A DNA stretch of 64,000 nt from an uncultured Alphaproteobacteria bacterium (lineage in GTDB: Bacteria; Pseudomonadota; Alphaproteobacteria; Rhizobiales; Ancalomicrobiaceae), in assembly GCA_937864925.1 (NCBI GenBank), contig CALMFH010000236.1:2542-66541 (forward strand), written 5' to 3'. The translations under genes were made by a program, and so were the position numbers. Of this stretch, positions 38,882 to 50,112 are shown piece after piece; within the stretch, counting starts at the first letter, position 1; every line of letters begins with the position of its first letter. The notes under the pieces are model-generated. The model did no database searches and was not told the DNA's origin. It worked only from the letters and a program-made list of their open reading frames with translations.

Positions 38882-39868
38882 ATGGCGGTTCGCGGAACGC
38901 GAGACGAGCGGGAACGGGAGGCGGCGATCGCGGCGGCGGTCACGGCGCTCTCGGCCGGCCGGCTCGTCGGTCTGCCGACCGAGACGGTCTATGGCCTCGG
39001 CGCCGACGCCGACGACGGCCGGGCCGTCGCCGCGATCTACGCCGCCAAGGGCCGGCCGAGCTTCAATCCGTTGATCGCCCACGTGCCGGATCTCGCGACG
39101 GCGGAGCGGCACGGTGTCTTCGACGACCGCGCCCGGGCGTTGGCGCGGGCGTTCTGGCCGGGCCCCCTGACCCTCGTCGTGGCGAAGCGACCCGACAGCC
39201 CGATCTCCGACCTCGCTTCGGCCGGGCTCGACACCATCGGGCTGCGGGTACCGGCGAACGCGGTGACGCGGGAGATCCTCGCGCGCTTCGGTCGGCCGGT
39301 CGCCGCCCCTTCCGCCAATCGCTCGGGTCGGGTCAGCCCGACCCGCGCCGCGGACGTGGTGGAGGAGTTGGGTGCGGCGGTCGCCGAGGTGATCGACGAC
39401 GGGCCGACCCCGGTCGGGGTGGAATCGACCATCGTCGCGGTGCTCGACGGGCGCGCACGTCTGCTCAGGCCGGGCGGGGTGCCGCGTGAGGCGATCGAGG
39501 CGATCCTCGGCGAGACCCTCGTCGACGAACCGCCGCCGGTCGACGACGCAGCGCCGCTCGCCCCCGGTATGCTCGCCTCGCACTACGCCCCCCGCGCACG
39601 GGTGCGACTCGAGGCGACCACGGTCGCGCCGGGCGAGGCGGTGATCAGCTTCGGCCCCGATCGGCCGGCGGGCGCGGAACACGCCGCGGTGGTCTTCGAT
39701 CTGTCGCCGACCGGCGATCTCGCCGAAGCGGCGGCCAATCTCTTCCGCGCCCTGCGCGACCTCGACGCCTCCGGCGCGACCACCATCGCGGTGGCCCCGA
39801 TCCCGGCAGAGGGGCTCGGCGAGGCGATCGTCGACCGCCTGAGACGGGCCGCGGCCCCGCGACCGTGA
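38882..39868 (+). CDS. tsaC: L-threonylcarbamoyladenylate synthase (YrdC plus Sua5 domains)
   Basis: GLPTETVYGLGADA, KGRPSFNPLI, SANRSG, plus a Sua5-type C-terminal domain. Confidence 0.9.
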   Translation: MAVRGTRDEREREAAIAAAVTALSAGRLVGLPTETVYGLGADADDGRAVAAIYAAKGRPSFNPLIAHVPDLATAERHGVFDDRARALARAFWPGPLTLVVAKRPDSPISDLASAGLDTIGLRVPANAVTREILARFGRPVAAPSANRSGRVSPTRAADVVEELGAAVAEVIDDGPTPVGVESTIVAVLDGRARLLRPGGVPREAIEAILGETLVDEPPPVDDAAPLAPGMLASHYAPRARVRLEATTVAPGEAVISFGPDRPAGAEHAAVVFDLSPTGDLAEAAANLFRALRDLDASGATTIAVAPIPAEGLGEAIVDRLRRAAAPRP

Positions 39869-40171
39869 CAGGCCCGACGTGACGCCATCGCGGCCGAGCC
39901 ATGCTCCGAGCGCAGAACCGGTTCGGCTGCCGCGCGACGAAGGTATGACTGCGACTTCGATTTCCATCGCGGTTCGGGGGTGACGAGCGGGCCATGATCC
40001 GTCATCGTAGCGGCGTGGTCCGACCGGGTGGCGACGAGGGTGTCTTCGTTCACCACCGGATCGGGAACCGACGGAATGCCGGAGAGCCCGACGACGAACG
40101 GGCCGGGCGACCCTGAGTGCCACGAGCGCGGGCGCGCGAGAACGCCAAGCTCGGCGGGAGGACGTTTCGGA

Positions 40172-41101
40172 ATGTCGACACTGCTGATCCACCATCCCGC
40201 CTGCCTCGGGCATGCGACCCCTCTCGGTCACCCCGAACGGGCCGATCGGATCCGCGTCGTCGACCGCATCCTGGAGCACGAACGCTTCCAGGCGCTGGAG
40301 CGCGAGGCGGCGAGCCGCGGCACCCGTGAGATGGTCGAACTCGGCCATCCCGGCAGCTATTTCGACGAGATCGCCGCCTGTGTGCCGAGCGAAGGGCTCA
40401 CCCGCCTCGACGACGACACGACCATGTCGCCGGGTTCGCTCGAAGCGGCGCTCCGGGCGGTGGGTGGCGCCTGCCAGGCGGTCGACGAGGTGTTCGAGAA
40501 GAAGGTCAAGAACGCCTTCTGCATCGTCCGCCCGCCGGGCCACCACGCCGAATCGAAGCGGGCGATGGGTTTCTGCCTGTTCAACAATGCGGCGATCGCG
40601 GCGAAATGGGCGCGGGAGAAACACGGCGCCGAGCGCGTCGTGGTGATGGACTTCGACGTCCACCACGGCAACGGCACCCAGGACATCTTCTGGAACGATC
40701 CGAACCTGATGTACGCCTCGACCCACCAGATGCCGTTCTATCCGGGCACGGGTGAGGTCGGCGAGACGGGGGTGGCCAACAACATCGTCAACGCGCCCTT
40801 GTGGGCGGGGGCGGGTGGCGCCGACTTCCGCGAGGCGATGGACATCGCCGTGCTGCCGCGCATCGAAGATTTCCGGCCGGACATGATCATCATCTCCGCC
40901 GGTTTCGACGCTCACACCCGCGACCCGATGAGCCAGATCAATCTGGTCGAGACCGACTTCGCCTGGGCGACGTCGCGCCTGATGGACATCGCCGACCGGC
41001 GCTGCGGCAGCCGCATCGTCTCGGTGTTGGAGGGCGGCTACGACCTCGAGGGCCTCGCCCGCTCGGTCGCGGCGCACGTGATGACGTTGATGAAGAGCTG
41101 A
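40172..41101 (+). CDS. Histone deacetylase family protein (AcuC/AphA-like)
   Basis: [37 protein letters not shown]. Confidence 0.9.
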   Translation: MSTLLIHHPACLGHATPLGHPERADRIRVVDRILEHERFQALEREAASRGTREMVELGHPGSYFDEIAACVPSEGLTRLDDDTTMSPGSLEAALRAVGGACQAVDEVFEKKVKNAFCIVRPPGHHAESKRAMGFCLFNNAAIAAKWAREKHGAERVVVMDFDVHHGNGTQDIFWNDPNLMYASTHQMPFYPGTGEVGETGVANNIVNAPLWAGAGGADFREAMDIAVLPRIEDFRPDMIIISAGFDAHTRDPMSQINLVETDFAWATSRLMDIADRRCGSRIVSVLEGGYDLEGLARSVAAHVMTLMKS

Positions 41102-41152
41102 TCGGCGCATCTCACGCTTGTGCGGGGGGATGGCCATCGCCATCCTCCGTCG

Positions 41153-42388
41153 ATGTCTGTGACGCGACCCTCATCGATGCGGCTGGTGCCGCTCCTCGCC
41201 CTCGGCCAGATCTTCGGTTGGGGCACGACCTATTACATGCCCTCGGTGCTGGCGCCGGCGCTCACCCGCGATCTCGGGCTCGACCCGACCGGAATCTACC
41301 TCGGCGTCACCATCATGGTGGCGATCGGCGGACTCGCGGCGCCGACGGCCGGGCGCCTCCTCGATGCCCACGGCGCGGCGCGGTTCATGCCGCTGGCGCC
41401 GCTCGCCATCGGGTGCGGCCATCTCCTGGTCGCGGCGGCCCCGTCGCCGACCACCTGGTATCTCGCCTGGATCCTGCACGGCATCGCCATGCCTTTCGGG
41501 CTGACCCTCGCCGCGACGACCTTCCTCACCCGCCTGTCTGCCGCCGACGCGAGGCGGACGATCGGCATCATGACGCTGCTCGTCGGCTTCGCACCTTCCG
41601 CCTTCTGGCCGCTCACCGCCCTGTTGGAAGCCTGGTTCGACTGGCGTGGGACGCTCGTCTGCTACGGGCTGCTCGAGCTCGCCGTGTTGTTGCCGCTGCA
41701 GATCCGCCTCGGGCGGGCATGGTCGGATCGCGGGCCGGCGCCGGCGGTCGACGCCGCCACGCACTCGTCCGTCGACTCGGAGGCACCGACCGCGCCCATG
41801 CTCACCGGCGCGACCCGGACGATCGCGATCACCGCGATGGTGGTCGCCTTCACCGCCCAGGGCTTCGCCTCCTGGGGGCTGCCGCTCCACGTCATCCGGC
41901 TGTTCGAGGATCTCGGCCTCGATCACGCCACCGCGGTGACCGTCGCAGCGGCGAGTGGGGCTGCGACGATCGGCGCGCGGACCCTCGAGGTGATCTTCGG
42001 CCACCGGCTGCACCCGTTGACCACCACCGGGCTCGCCATCATGGTCCTCTCGCCGATGCTGGCGTTGCTCGGCTCGCCGCTCGATCCGCTGATGAGCGCC
42101 TGGATCTTCATCGTGGTGTGGAGCGGCGCCAACGGCATCCTGGCGGTGCTGCGCATGACGCTGCCGCTGTCGCTGTTCGGTGCTGCCGCCTACGGCACGC
42201 TGGTCGGACGGATGAGCCTGCCGCAGAACCTGGTCTTCGCCGCCTCGCCGGCGATCTTCGCCGTGACGATGGACCGCAGCGGCCCGATGGCGGCGCTGTG
42301 GCTCGCCATCGTCGCGTCGCTGACGGCATTGGTCGCCGCCGTCATCCTGCAGCGGATCGCCCGCCCGGCGCGGAACCGGCCCCATTGA
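41153..42388 (+). CDS. MFS transporter
   Basis: About 410 aa with 12 predicted TM helices. The tracked ORF starts at GTG 41120. Confidence 0.75.
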   Translation: MSVTRPSSMRLVPLLALGQIFGWGTTYYMPSVLAPALTRDLGLDPTGIYLGVTIMVAIGGLAAPTAGRLLDAHGAARFMPLAPLAIGCGHLLVAAAPSPTTWYLAWILHGIAMPFGLTLAATTFLTRLSAADARRTIGIMTLLVGFAPSAFWPLTALLEAWFDWRGTLVCYGLLELAVLLPLQIRLGRAWSDRGPAPAVDAATHSSVDSEAPTAPMLTGATRTIAITAMVVAFTAQGFASWGLPLHVIRLFEDLGLDHATAVTVAAASGAATIGARTLEVIFGHRLHPLTTTGLAIMVLSPMLALLGSPLDPLMSAWIFIVVWSGANGILAVLRMTLPLSLFGAAAYGTLVGRMSLPQNLVFAASPAIFAVTMDRSGPMAALWLAIVASLTALVAAVILQRIARPARNRPH

Positions 42389-42444
42389 CAGCGACGGCGG
42401 CTCGGTGCCTCCTCGGGGCCGCGATCCGATCCGAGAGACGACCC

Positions 42445-42699
42445 GTGACCGAAACCCCCGCCGACATCGCCGCTCTGCCGTTCGAGAAAGCGTTGGCCGA
42501 ACTCGAAGCCATCGTCCAGAAACTCGAACGCGGCGATGTCGCCCTCGACGAATCGATCGCCGCCTACGAGCGTGGCGAGGCACTCAAGGCGCACTGCCAG
42601 AAGCTCCTGACGGCGGCAGAGGCGCGGGTGGAGAAGATCCGCCTCACCGCCGAAGGCCGGCCACAAGGGGTGGAACCACTCGACCTCGAGCGCAATTGA
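42445..42699 (+). CDS. xseB: Exodeoxyribonuclease VII small subunit
   Basis: GTG 42445. [32 protein letters not shown] is the XseB signature. Sits just upstream of dxs. Confidence 0.88.
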   Translation: MTETPADIAALPFEKALAELEAIVQKLERGDVALDESIAAYERGEALKAHCQKLLTAAEARVEKIRLTAEGRPQGVEPLDLERN

Positions 42700-42888
42700 G
42701 CGCGGTATTTCACTACCGCTCCATTCCTCGGTTCGGCCTCCGACCGCGAAACGGTGATTTGCAGCGCGACCTCGCGTCATATATTCGGGAACGTGGCGTG
42801 GGCTTCACCCTGACCGCGCCGGGTCGGACGATGTCGTCGCCCGATCGTATCGCCGGGTCGGGCGGCCTCGTCGCTCCGACCGTATCGC

Positions 42889-44820
42889 GTGAGTGGTCCG
42901 TTGCCCGTTCCGACCCCCCTTCTCGACAGCGTCAAGGTCCCGGAAGACCTCCGGCGGCTTCCCGATTCGGCGCTGCGCCAGCTCGCCGACGAACTCAGAG
43001 CGGAGACCATCGATGCGGTGTCGGTGACCGGAGGCCATCTCGGCGCCGGCCTCGGGGTGGTCGAGCTCACCGTCGCGCTGCACCGGGTGTTCGACACGCC
43101 GCGCGACGTGCTGATCTGGGACGTCGGCCACCAGAGCTATCCGCACAAGATCCTCACCGGCCGGCGCGACCGCATCCGCACGCTGCGCCAACCCGGCGGC
43201 CTTTCCGGCTTCACCAAGCGCGACGAGAGCATCTACGACCCCTTCGGCACCGCTCATTCCTCGACCTCGATCTCGGCGGCGCTGGGATTCGCCACGGCGC
43301 GCGATCTCGACGGGGCGACCCACAACGTGGTGGCGGTGATCGGTGACGGGTCGATGTCGGCGGGCATGGCCTACGAGGCGATGAACAACGCCGGGGCCAA
43401 AGGGTCGCGGCTGATCGTCGTGCTCAACGACAACGACATGTCGATCGCTCCACCGACCGGAGCGATGAGCGCCTATCTGGCGCGCCTCGTCTCGTCACGC
43501 ACCTTCATGCACCTGCGTGACATCGGCAAGCAGATCTCCCGGCGTCTGCCGAAGTTCATGGAGATCGGCGCCAAGCGGGCCGAGGAATACGCCCGCGGCA
43601 TGGCGATGGGCGGCACCCTTTTCGAGGAACTCGGCTTCTATTACGTCGGGCCGATCGACGGACACAATCTCGATCACCTCCTCCCGGTTCTGCGCAACGT
43701 GCGCGACGCCAAGGAAGGGCCGATCCTGGTCCATGTCGTCACCCAGAAGGGCAAGGGTTATGGCCCGGCGGAAGCCGCGCCCGACAAGTACCACGGCGTC
43801 AACCGCTTCGACGTCGTCACCGGCAAGCAGGCCAAGCCCAAGGGCAACGCACCGTCCTACACCAGGGTCTTCGCCGATACGCTGACCGCGGAGGCTTCGC
43901 GCGACGACAAGATCCTCGGCATCACCGCCGCCATGCCCGCCGGGACCGGCCTCGACGTCTTCGGCAGGGCGTTCCCGAAGCGGGTGTTCGACGTCGGTAT
44001 CGCCGAGCAGCACGCGGTGACCTTCGCCGCGGGTCTGGCGGCAGCCGGCTACAAGCCGTTCTGCGCCATCTACTCGACCTTCCTGCAGCGTGGCTTCGAT
44101 CAGGTGGCGCACGACGTGGCGCTGCAGAAGCTTCCCGTCCGCTTCCCCATCGACCGCGCCGGCTTCGTCGGCGCCGACGGGGCGACACATGCCGGCGCCT
44201 ACGACCTCGCCTTCCTCGGCTGCCTGCCGAACTTCGTCATCATGGCGCCGGCCGACGAAGCCGAACTCGTCCACATGGTGGCGACCTCGGTCGCCATCGA
44301 CGACCGGCCCTCCGCCTTCCGCTTCCCACGCGGGGAAGGGGTCGGCTGCGACCTGCCGGAGCGCGGCATCCCGCTCGAGATCGGCCGTGGACGCATCCTG
44401 CGCGAGGGAAGCAAGGTGGCGATCCTCTCCCTCGGCACGCGGCTCGCCGCGAGCCTCGGTGCGGCCGAGACGCTCGATGCCCACGGGCTCTCCACCACCG
44501 TCGCCGACGCACGCTTCATGAAGCCCCTCGACCGCGACCTGGTGCGCCGTCTGGCGCGTGAACACGAAGTGCTGGTCACGGTGGAAGAAGGTTCGGTCGG
44601 CGGCTTCGGCAGCCACGTCCTCCACGCACTCGCCGAAGACGGCCTGCTCGACGGTGGTCTCAAGCTGCGGACCTTGACGATGCCCGACGCCTTCCTCGAC
44701 CACGGAGACCAGGAGGCGACGATGGCCGCGATCGGGCTCGACGCCACAGGCATCGTGCGGCGGGTCTTCGAGGCCCTCGGACGGCCGGACGTCACCGCCG
44801 AGCCGGTTCGGTGGGCGTGA
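42889..44820 (+). CDS. dxs: 1-deoxy-D-xylulose-5-phosphate synthase
   Basis: [33 protein letters not shown], and the ThDP motif [18 protein letters not shown]. Confidence 0.96.
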   Translation: MSGPLPVPTPLLDSVKVPEDLRRLPDSALRQLADELRAETIDAVSVTGGHLGAGLGVVELTVALHRVFDTPRDVLIWDVGHQSYPHKILTGRRDRIRTLRQPGGLSGFTKRDESIYDPFGTAHSSTSISAALGFATARDLDGATHNVVAVIGDGSMSAGMAYEAMNNAGAKGSRLIVVLNDNDMSIAPPTGAMSAYLARLVSSRTFMHLRDIGKQISRRLPKFMEIGAKRAEEYARGMAMGGTLFEELGFYYVGPIDGHNLDHLLPVLRNVRDAKEGPILVHVVTQKGKGYGPAEAAPDKYHGVNRFDVVTGKQAKPKGNAPSYTRVFADTLTAEASRDDKILGITAAMPAGTGLDVFGRAFPKRVFDVGIAEQHAVTFAAGLAAAGYKPFCAIYSTFLQRGFDQVAHDVALQKLPVRFPIDRAGFVGADGATHAGAYDLAFLGCLPNFVIMAPADEAELVHMVATSVAIDDRPSAFRFPRGEGVGCDLPERGIPLEIGRGRILREGSKVAILSLGTRLAASLGAAETLDAHGLSTTVADARFMKPLDRDLVRRLAREHEVLVTVEEGSVGGFGSHVLHALAEDGLLDGGLKLRTLTMPDAFLDHGDQEATMAAIGLDATGIVRRVFEALGRPDVTAEPVRWA

Positions 44821-44840
44821 GGCGGAGCGGAGATCGCGCG

Positions 44841-45455
44841 ATGAGCCTCGGGTCCCTGCGAGTGGTGCTGTGGGTGCTGATCGTCGCCATCGCCGGCGGG
44901 CTCGGGACCTATGTGGTGCTTCGCGAGCCGGCTGCCCCGCGTTCGGAGAGCAGCCTGCTGAAGCCGATGGTCGGCATCGGCGGGCCGTTCGCGTTGCTCG
45001 ACCAGAAGCGGCGCCCGTTCACCGACAAGGACCTCGAAGGCCGTCCGACGGCGATGTTCTTCGGCTACACCTTCTGCCCCGACGTCTGTCCGACGACCCT
45101 GCTCGAGGCGACCGCCTGGATGAGGGAACTGGGCAAGGACGCCGACCGGCTACGCGTCGTCTTCGTCTCGGTCGATCCGGAACGCGACACGCCGGAGAAG
45201 CTCGACGGCTACCTCGCCTCCTTCGACGAGCGCTTCCTCGGTCTCTCCGGGTCGCGTGAGGAGACCGACCGCATCGTCAAGGCCTACCGGGTGTTCGCCC
45301 GCAAGGTCGAGGGCAAGGGCGGCGACTACACCATGGACCACACCGCCTCGGTCTATCTGCTCGATCCGCAGGGTCGTTTCGTCGGCGCGATCAACTTCCA
45401 GGAGCCGACCGACAAGGCGATGATCAAGATCCGCCAGTTGCTGGCGAAGAGCTGA
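44841..45455 (+). CDS. SCO family copper chaperone/thiol-disulfide protein
   Basis: TM anchor, FGYTFCPDVCPTTL (CxxxC), and MDHTASVYLLD (His ligand). Confidence 0.88.
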   Translation: MSLGSLRVVLWVLIVAIAGGLGTYVVLREPAAPRSESSLLKPMVGIGGPFALLDQKRRPFTDKDLEGRPTAMFFGYTFCPDVCPTTLLEATAWMRELGKDADRLRVVFVSVDPERDTPEKLDGYLASFDERFLGLSGSREETDRIVKAYRVFARKVEGKGGDYTMDHTASVYLLDPQGRFVGAINFQEPTDKAMIKIRQLLAKS

Positions 45456-45518
45456 CCCGCTCCCGTTGTGACGGGCGAGGCGCGGCTCGTCCACTCGCCA
45501 CGATCGACCCCGCCGGAC

Positions 45519-46298
45519 TCACCGGCCGTAGCTCGCCACGACGCGGCGATCGACCTCGTCGAGGAAGGCGCGGATGCGGCGGGCATTGCGGCCGAAGTCG
45601 TGGGTGCCCCAGCGAATCGACGAGCGCAGGTCGATGCGGCTACCCGACGGTTCGGGCAGGACGCGGACGACGACGTCGTCCTCGAAGCCGAAGATCAGGG
45701 TGCGGGCCACCGCCTCGATGCGACCGCGCTCGCCGTCGCCGGCGGGCTGGACCATCTCGGTGACCGTCCAACCCTCTTCTTCGACCAGCCGGCGGGTGAC
45801 GAAGAACAGCAGATCGGAACCGACCGAATAGCGTCGGGTGACGATCTCCGGCCAGGAGATGCGGATGCGGGCGCGTTCCTCCGGAGAGGGCGAACGGGCG
45901 GAGTTCAGCCGGCCGGCGCGCAGGATGGCGGCCTCACGATAGAGCGGCGGATCGACCACGTCGGTGGAGACGTCGGTGACCTTGGGGAAATCCATCCATT
46001 CCACCGCCAGATAGGCCACCGGCGAGAGCGCCAGCACCGCCCAGAGCGCGCCGATCGCCGCGTCGCGTCCGCCGAAACGGCCGTCGTGCCAGACGAGAAC
46101 CGCGGCGATGGCCGCCAGGATCAGCGCCACGGCGGCGAAGCCGAAGGCGAAGCCGACGAGCACCAGCGCCTGTTCGGTCGGCATCAGGCCGGAGCGATGG
46201 GCGATGGTGACGATGATCAGCACCGGCACCGCGAAGGCGCCGAGCCACCGGCTCCAACCGGCGATTCGGGAACGGCGCTCGAGCGGGCGAAGCAGCAT
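45519..46298 (-). CDS. DUF1499 domain-containing membrane protein
   Basis: Two N-terminal TM helices. The C-terminal ...VLPEPSGSRIDLRSSIRWGTHDFGRNARRIRAFL resembles DUF1499. Confidence 0.65.
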   Translation of the reverse strand: MLLRPLERRSRIAGWSRWLGAFAVPVLIIVTIAHRSGLMPTEQALVLVGFAFGFAAVALILAAIAAVLVWHDGRFGGRDAAIGALWAVLALSPVAYLAVEWMDFPKVTDVSTDVVDPPLYREAAILRAGRLNSARSPSPEERARIRISWPEIVTRRYSVGSDLLFFVTRRLVEEEGWTVTEMVQPAGDGERGRIEAVARTLIFGFEDDVVVRVLPEPSGSRIDLRSSIRWGTHDFGRNARRIRAFLDEVDRRVVASYGR

Positions 46299-46513
46299 GG
46301 CGATCCGGGAAGACGGGGGCGACGAAGACGGTTCCGGCGCGAGGTCACGTCCCGTCCGGCCACCCTCCTCCCTTAACACGTCCGCGGGAGGGGGGCGAGA
46401 GAGGCCGTCGAGCCGAACGGGGCGAGGCCCTCGCCTTTGACGTCGCCGCCGAAACCGGGCATGACGGCGTCCGAACGACCGGGCGCCCGATGCGCCGGCG
46501 ACGAGGACGAACG

Positions 46514-46795
46514 ATGACCGAGACCCCCGAAACCGAGATCGACACCCCCGCGGCCGCGACCGTCGACACCCCGCCCGACCGCCTCGCCGCCGACGCCGAC
46601 AGCCCGTTCTTCTCGGCCGAGATCCTGCAGCGTGGCGTCGGCGTGCGCTTCAAGGGGGTGGAGAAGTTCAACGTCGAAGAATACTGCGTCTCCGAGGGCT
46701 GGGTCCGCGTTCCGGTCGGCAAGGGCGTCGACCGCCGTGGCAGGCCGCTGCTGATCAAGCTGACCGGCGACGTCGAGGTGTGGTTCAAGGAGTGA
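46514..46795 (+). CDS. DUF3297 family protein
   Basis: PPDRLAADADSPFFSAEILQRGVGVRFKGVEKFNVEEYCVSEGWVRV matches my memory of DUF3297. Confidence 0.7.
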   Translation: MTETPETEIDTPAAATVDTPPDRLAADADSPFFSAEILQRGVGVRFKGVEKFNVEEYCVSEGWVRVPVGKGVDRRGRPLLIKLTGDVEVWFKE

Positions 46796-46947
46796 CGACC
46801 GGGCCGGCGCGACGACGGCGTTCGGCACAGGCTCTCGCAGCTCGTGCATTTTGAAATGTCACTTCGCTTGGTCGGTGGAGCGGCTTGTCGCAGCGGCATG
46901 GGCTCTCTAGGGTCGTCGGTCCGATCGATCGAATTCGGAGTGCTCTC

Positions 46948-47532
46948 ATGATCCGCAGCCTCTTCGCCGCCACCGTTCTCGCCTGCTCGACCCTCGCCGG
47001 GACCGCGTCCGCCCAGGATGGCGGAGCGAACGCCGCCGACCTCGCCAAGGCACGCGGCGCGATCAAGGGGCTGGCGGAAAACCTGCGGCCGACGCTGGTG
47101 AACGCGATGAAGGCGGGTGGCCCGGTCGCAGCGATCGAGGCCTGCCAGGGGGCGGCACCCGGGATCGCCGCCGACCAGTCCACCGCGCACGGCGTCACCG
47201 TCGGCCGCACCGCGCTCCTGGTACGCAATCCCGCCAATGCGCCGGATGCGTGGGAGCGCAAGGTGCTGGAGAGCTTCGCGGCGAAGATCGAAGCCGGCGC
47301 GGCCCCCGACACCGTCGACTTCGGCGAAGTGGTCGAAGAAGGTGGCCGCAAGACCTTCCGCTACATGAAGGCGATTCCGATGGCGGCCGAGCCCTGCATG
47401 CTCTGTCACGGCACCGAGCTGAAGCCCGAGATCGCGGCGGAGATCACCAAGCGCTATCCGCAGGACAAGGCGGTCGGCTTCACCCCGGGCAAGCTGCGCG
47501 GCGCCTTCACGGTGAAGCTGTCGGCGAACTGA
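46948..47532 (+). CDS. DUF3365 domain-containing haem-c protein (Tll0287-like)
   Basis: Signal peptide, a single CMLCHG haem-c site, and a GKLRGAFTV tail. Confidence 0.7.
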   Translation: MIRSLFAATVLACSTLAGTASAQDGGANAADLAKARGAIKGLAENLRPTLVNAMKAGGPVAAIEACQGAAPGIAADQSTAHGVTVGRTALLVRNPANAPDAWERKVLESFAAKIEAGAAPDTVDFGEVVEEGGRKTFRYMKAIPMAAEPCMLCHGTELKPEIAAEITKRYPQDKAVGFTPGKLRGAFTVKLSAN

Positions 47533-47557
47533 TCGCCGCGACCCGAACCGAGACGAC

Positions 47558-47583
47558 GAAGGGGCGCCCATCGGCGCCCCTTC
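47558..47583. terminator. Hairpin between convergent genes
   Basis: gaaggggcgcc-catc-ggcgccccttc is an 11-bp perfect stem. There is no strong U-tract. Confidence 0.5.
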
Positions 47584-47626
47584 GCATGTCTACGAGCCGC
47601 TCGGCACTCGCCGGCGCAAGGGGAGT

Positions 47627-49255
47627 TCACACCCCCGGCAGCTTGTAGTCCTTGAAGCGCTCGCGCAGCGTCATCTTCTGGATCTTGCCGGTGGCGGTGT
47701 GGGGGATCTCCTCGATGAACACCACGTCGTCGGGCATCCACCACTTGGCGATCCTGCCCTCGTAGTGGGCGAGGATCTCGTCGCGGGTCGGCGTCCTGCC
47801 GGCCTTGGGTACGATCACCAGGAGCGGGCGTTCGTCCCACTTGGGATGGTGGACGCCGATCACCGCCGCCTCCATCACGTCGGGGTGGGAGATCGCCAGA
47901 TTCTCCAGGTCGATGGTGGAGATCCACTCGCCGCCCGACTTGATCACGTCCTTGGAGCGGTCGGTGATCTGCATGTAGCCGTCGGCGTCGATGGTGGCGA
48001 CGTCGCCGGTGTCGAAGAAGCCGTCGGGGTCGAAGGCGTCCTTGCCCATGCCCTTGAAGTAGCCGCCGGCGATCGCCGGACCGCGCACCTTCAAACGACC
48101 GAAGGCGCGGCCGTCCTGCGGGCGCTCGTTGCCGGCATCGTCGGTGATCTTCATCTCGACACCGAAGGGCGGTACGCCCTGCTTGACCTGGAGATCGAGC
48201 CGGCCCTCGATGTCGAGGCTGGCGGTCTCGGGCTTCAGGCCGCACAGGGTGCCGAGGGGGCTCATCTCGGTCATGCCCCAGGCGTGGGCGACGCGGACGT
48301 CGTAGGTCTTCTCGAACTTCTCGGTGATGGCCCGCGGGCAGGCGGCGCCGCCGATCACCACCCGCTTCAGATGCGACAGGCGGAGGTTCTTCGATTCCAT
48401 GTGCTGGAGCAGCATCAGCCAGACCGTCGGCACCGCGGCGGTGATGCTGACCTTGCCGACCTCGAGCGTCTCGTAGATCGCCGGACCGTCGAGCCTGGCG
48501 CCGGGCAGCACCAGCGCGGCGCCGGTCAGCGGAGCGGTGAAGGCGATCGACCAGCAGTTGGCGTGAAACATCGGCACCACGGGCATGATCACGTCCCGAC
48601 AGGACGGGCCGATCATGTCGGGGGTGGCGGCCTGCCAAGCGTGGATGACATTGGAGCGATGCGAATAGACCACGCCCTTGGGATTGCCGGTGGTGCCGGA
48701 GGTGTAGCAGAGGCCGGCGGCGGTGTTCTCGTCGAAGCTCTTCCAGGCGAAGTCGTCGTCGGCTTCGGCCAGCCAGCTTTCGTAGTCGACGGCATTCTTC
48801 AACGTCGTCGCCGGCATGTGGGCGGCATCGGTGAGCACGATCACCTGCTCGAGCGTCGGCATGTGGCCGATCAGCTTCTCGATCACCGGCAGGAAGGTCA
48901 GATCGACGAACAGCAGCCGATCCTCGGCGTCGTTGACGATCCAGGCGATCTGTTCGTGGAAGAGGCGCGGATTGACCGTGTGGTAGATGGCGCCGAGACC
49001 GAGCAGACCGTACCACACCTCCATGTGACGCCAAGTGTTCCAGGCCAGTGTCGCGACTCGGTCGCCGAGACGGATGCCGTGCTTCTCCAGGCGCTTGGCG
49101 CACTGCAGGGAGCGGCGGCGCAGGGTGGCGTAGTCGGTGGTGTGGAGCGGCCCCTCGACGGAACGGGTGAGGATGGTGCGCTTCGGGTGCTGAGCCGCGG
49201 CGTGATCGAGAATCTTCGTGCAGAGAAGCGGCCAATCCATCATCGATCCGAGCAT
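47627..49255 (-). CDS. Long-chain fatty acid--CoA ligase (AMP-dependent synthetase)
   Basis: AMP motif [18 protein letters not shown]-like AWGMTEMSP, and [31 protein letters not shown]. Start ATG 49255 follows GGAAGGAG. Confidence 0.9.
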   Translation of the reverse strand: MLGSMMDWPLLCTKILDHAAAQHPKRTILTRSVEGPLHTTDYATLRRRSLQCAKRLEKHGIRLGDRVATLAWNTWRHMEVWYGLLGLGAIYHTVNPRLFHEQIAWIVNDAEDRLLFVDLTFLPVIEKLIGHMPTLEQVIVLTDAAHMPATTLKNAVDYESWLAEADDDFAWKSFDENTAAGLCYTSGTTGNPKGVVYSHRSNVIHAWQAATPDMIGPSCRDVIMPVVPMFHANCWSIAFTAPLTGAALVLPGARLDGPAIYETLEVGKVSITAAVPTVWLMLLQHMESKNLRLSHLKRVVIGGAACPRAITEKFEKTYDVRVAHAWGMTEMSPLGTLCGLKPETASLDIEGRLDLQVKQGVPPFGVEMKITDDAGNERPQDGRAFGRLKVRGPAIAGGYFKGMGKDAFDPDGFFDTGDVATIDADGYMQITDRSKDVIKSGGEWISTIDLENLAISHPDVMEAAVIGVHHPKWDERPLLVIVPKAGRTPTRDEILAHYEGRIAKWWMPDDVVFIEEIPHTATGKIQKMTLRERFKDYKLPGV

Positions 49256-49708
49256 GACATTCTCCTTCCTCCGTCGGACGACCCGTCCGAAGCGGAGCGA
49301 CTTCGACCCGTTGATGGAGCATTCTTCGATCCGAACCGGATCGCTGTCCAGGGGGCGCGGCGGCATTCTCCACGCCGGCGCCGTGGCGAAACCGGCGAGT
49401 CCGGCGACCGGTCGCCGGGGTCGCGGCGGCCCCGTGGCCCGGCCGGATGTATGATGCAAATATGACACGCTGGGCGGAATTCCCCGGAAAACTGTCAAAC
49501 CGTCATCTCGGCGCGTTGCTCGAGATCTGGTCGATTGCTCGAGAACGGAGCAAAATTCGATCGTCGGCCGTGTGACAACACGAAGACGCCGCAATCGGGA
49601 AGCATATCAAGGGTCGGAAGGCGAGCGACGTCTTCCGACGATGAGGTTTTCCGGCGAGCGTAGATACGGACGACTTCTCGGGGAGAGAAAGGCGACAGGG
49701 GTTCCAAG

Positions 49709-49876
49709 ATGTCCGAAGACAAGAACACCAACCGGCAGTTCACTCAGGAATCGCAGCCGCGCGCCCAGGACACGCTCGACGCGCAGTACAAGTCGATCGG
49801 CATCTCCGCCGTATCCGCTGCCGCCAGTGCCATGAAGGGCCCGAAGGTCAAGGCCCCCTCCGAACAGTGGAGCTGA
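49709..49876 (+). CDS. Untracked 55-aa hydrophilic ORF
   Basis: I translated it by hand: MSEDKNTNRQFTQESQPRAQDTLDAQYKSIGISAVSAAASAMKGPKVKAPSEQWS. It has a high-GC3 native codon pattern and is followed by a strong hairpin. Below the track cutoff. Confidence 0.45.
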   Translation: MSEDKNTNRQFTQESQPRAQDTLDAQYKSIGISAVSAAASAMKGPKVKAPSEQWS

Positions 49877-49924
49877 GCCTCGGCCGGCCCCGAAGGTCCG
49901 ATCACCGAGTGCAGGAACGAGCGA

Positions 49925-49960
49925 CGCCGCGGATCCGGCGATCCGCGGCGATGACGTTTC
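49925..49960 (+). terminator. Hairpin after the 55-aa ORF
   Basis: cgccgcggatc-cggc-gatccgcggcg is an 11-bp perfect stem, followed by atgacgtttc. Confidence 0.5.
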
Positions 49961-50112
49961 GATGTCGGCGACGGATCGTCGCCATGACACGCGAAGCACC
50001 GGGGCCGTCGGCACGACCGTCGGCATGACCGTCGACCGCCACGCGCGGACGCGGTAACGGTGGGTGTGCGCCGCCGGACCGGCGCGCCGCTCCTCATCGC
50101 CGGACCGCCACC

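Noticed and set aside
38681-41143. 820-aa ORF on the - strand
   Set aside because: It is antisense to tsaC/sua5 and the deacetylase gene. It has no recognisable domain and a low-complexity translation.
42700-42888. Missing ispA between xseB and dxs, or a hidden small gene or RNA in the spacer
   Set aside because: The 189-bp spacer shows only a weak 6-bp hairpin and no ORF with an RBS. The absence of ispA here is ordinary gene-order variation.
49450-49708. EcfG/general-stress promoter (GGAAC-N16-17-CGTT) upstream of the 55-aa ORF
   Set aside because: I looked for GGAAC and CGTT at the right spacing. Only GGAAAAC...CGTT at the wrong distance is present.
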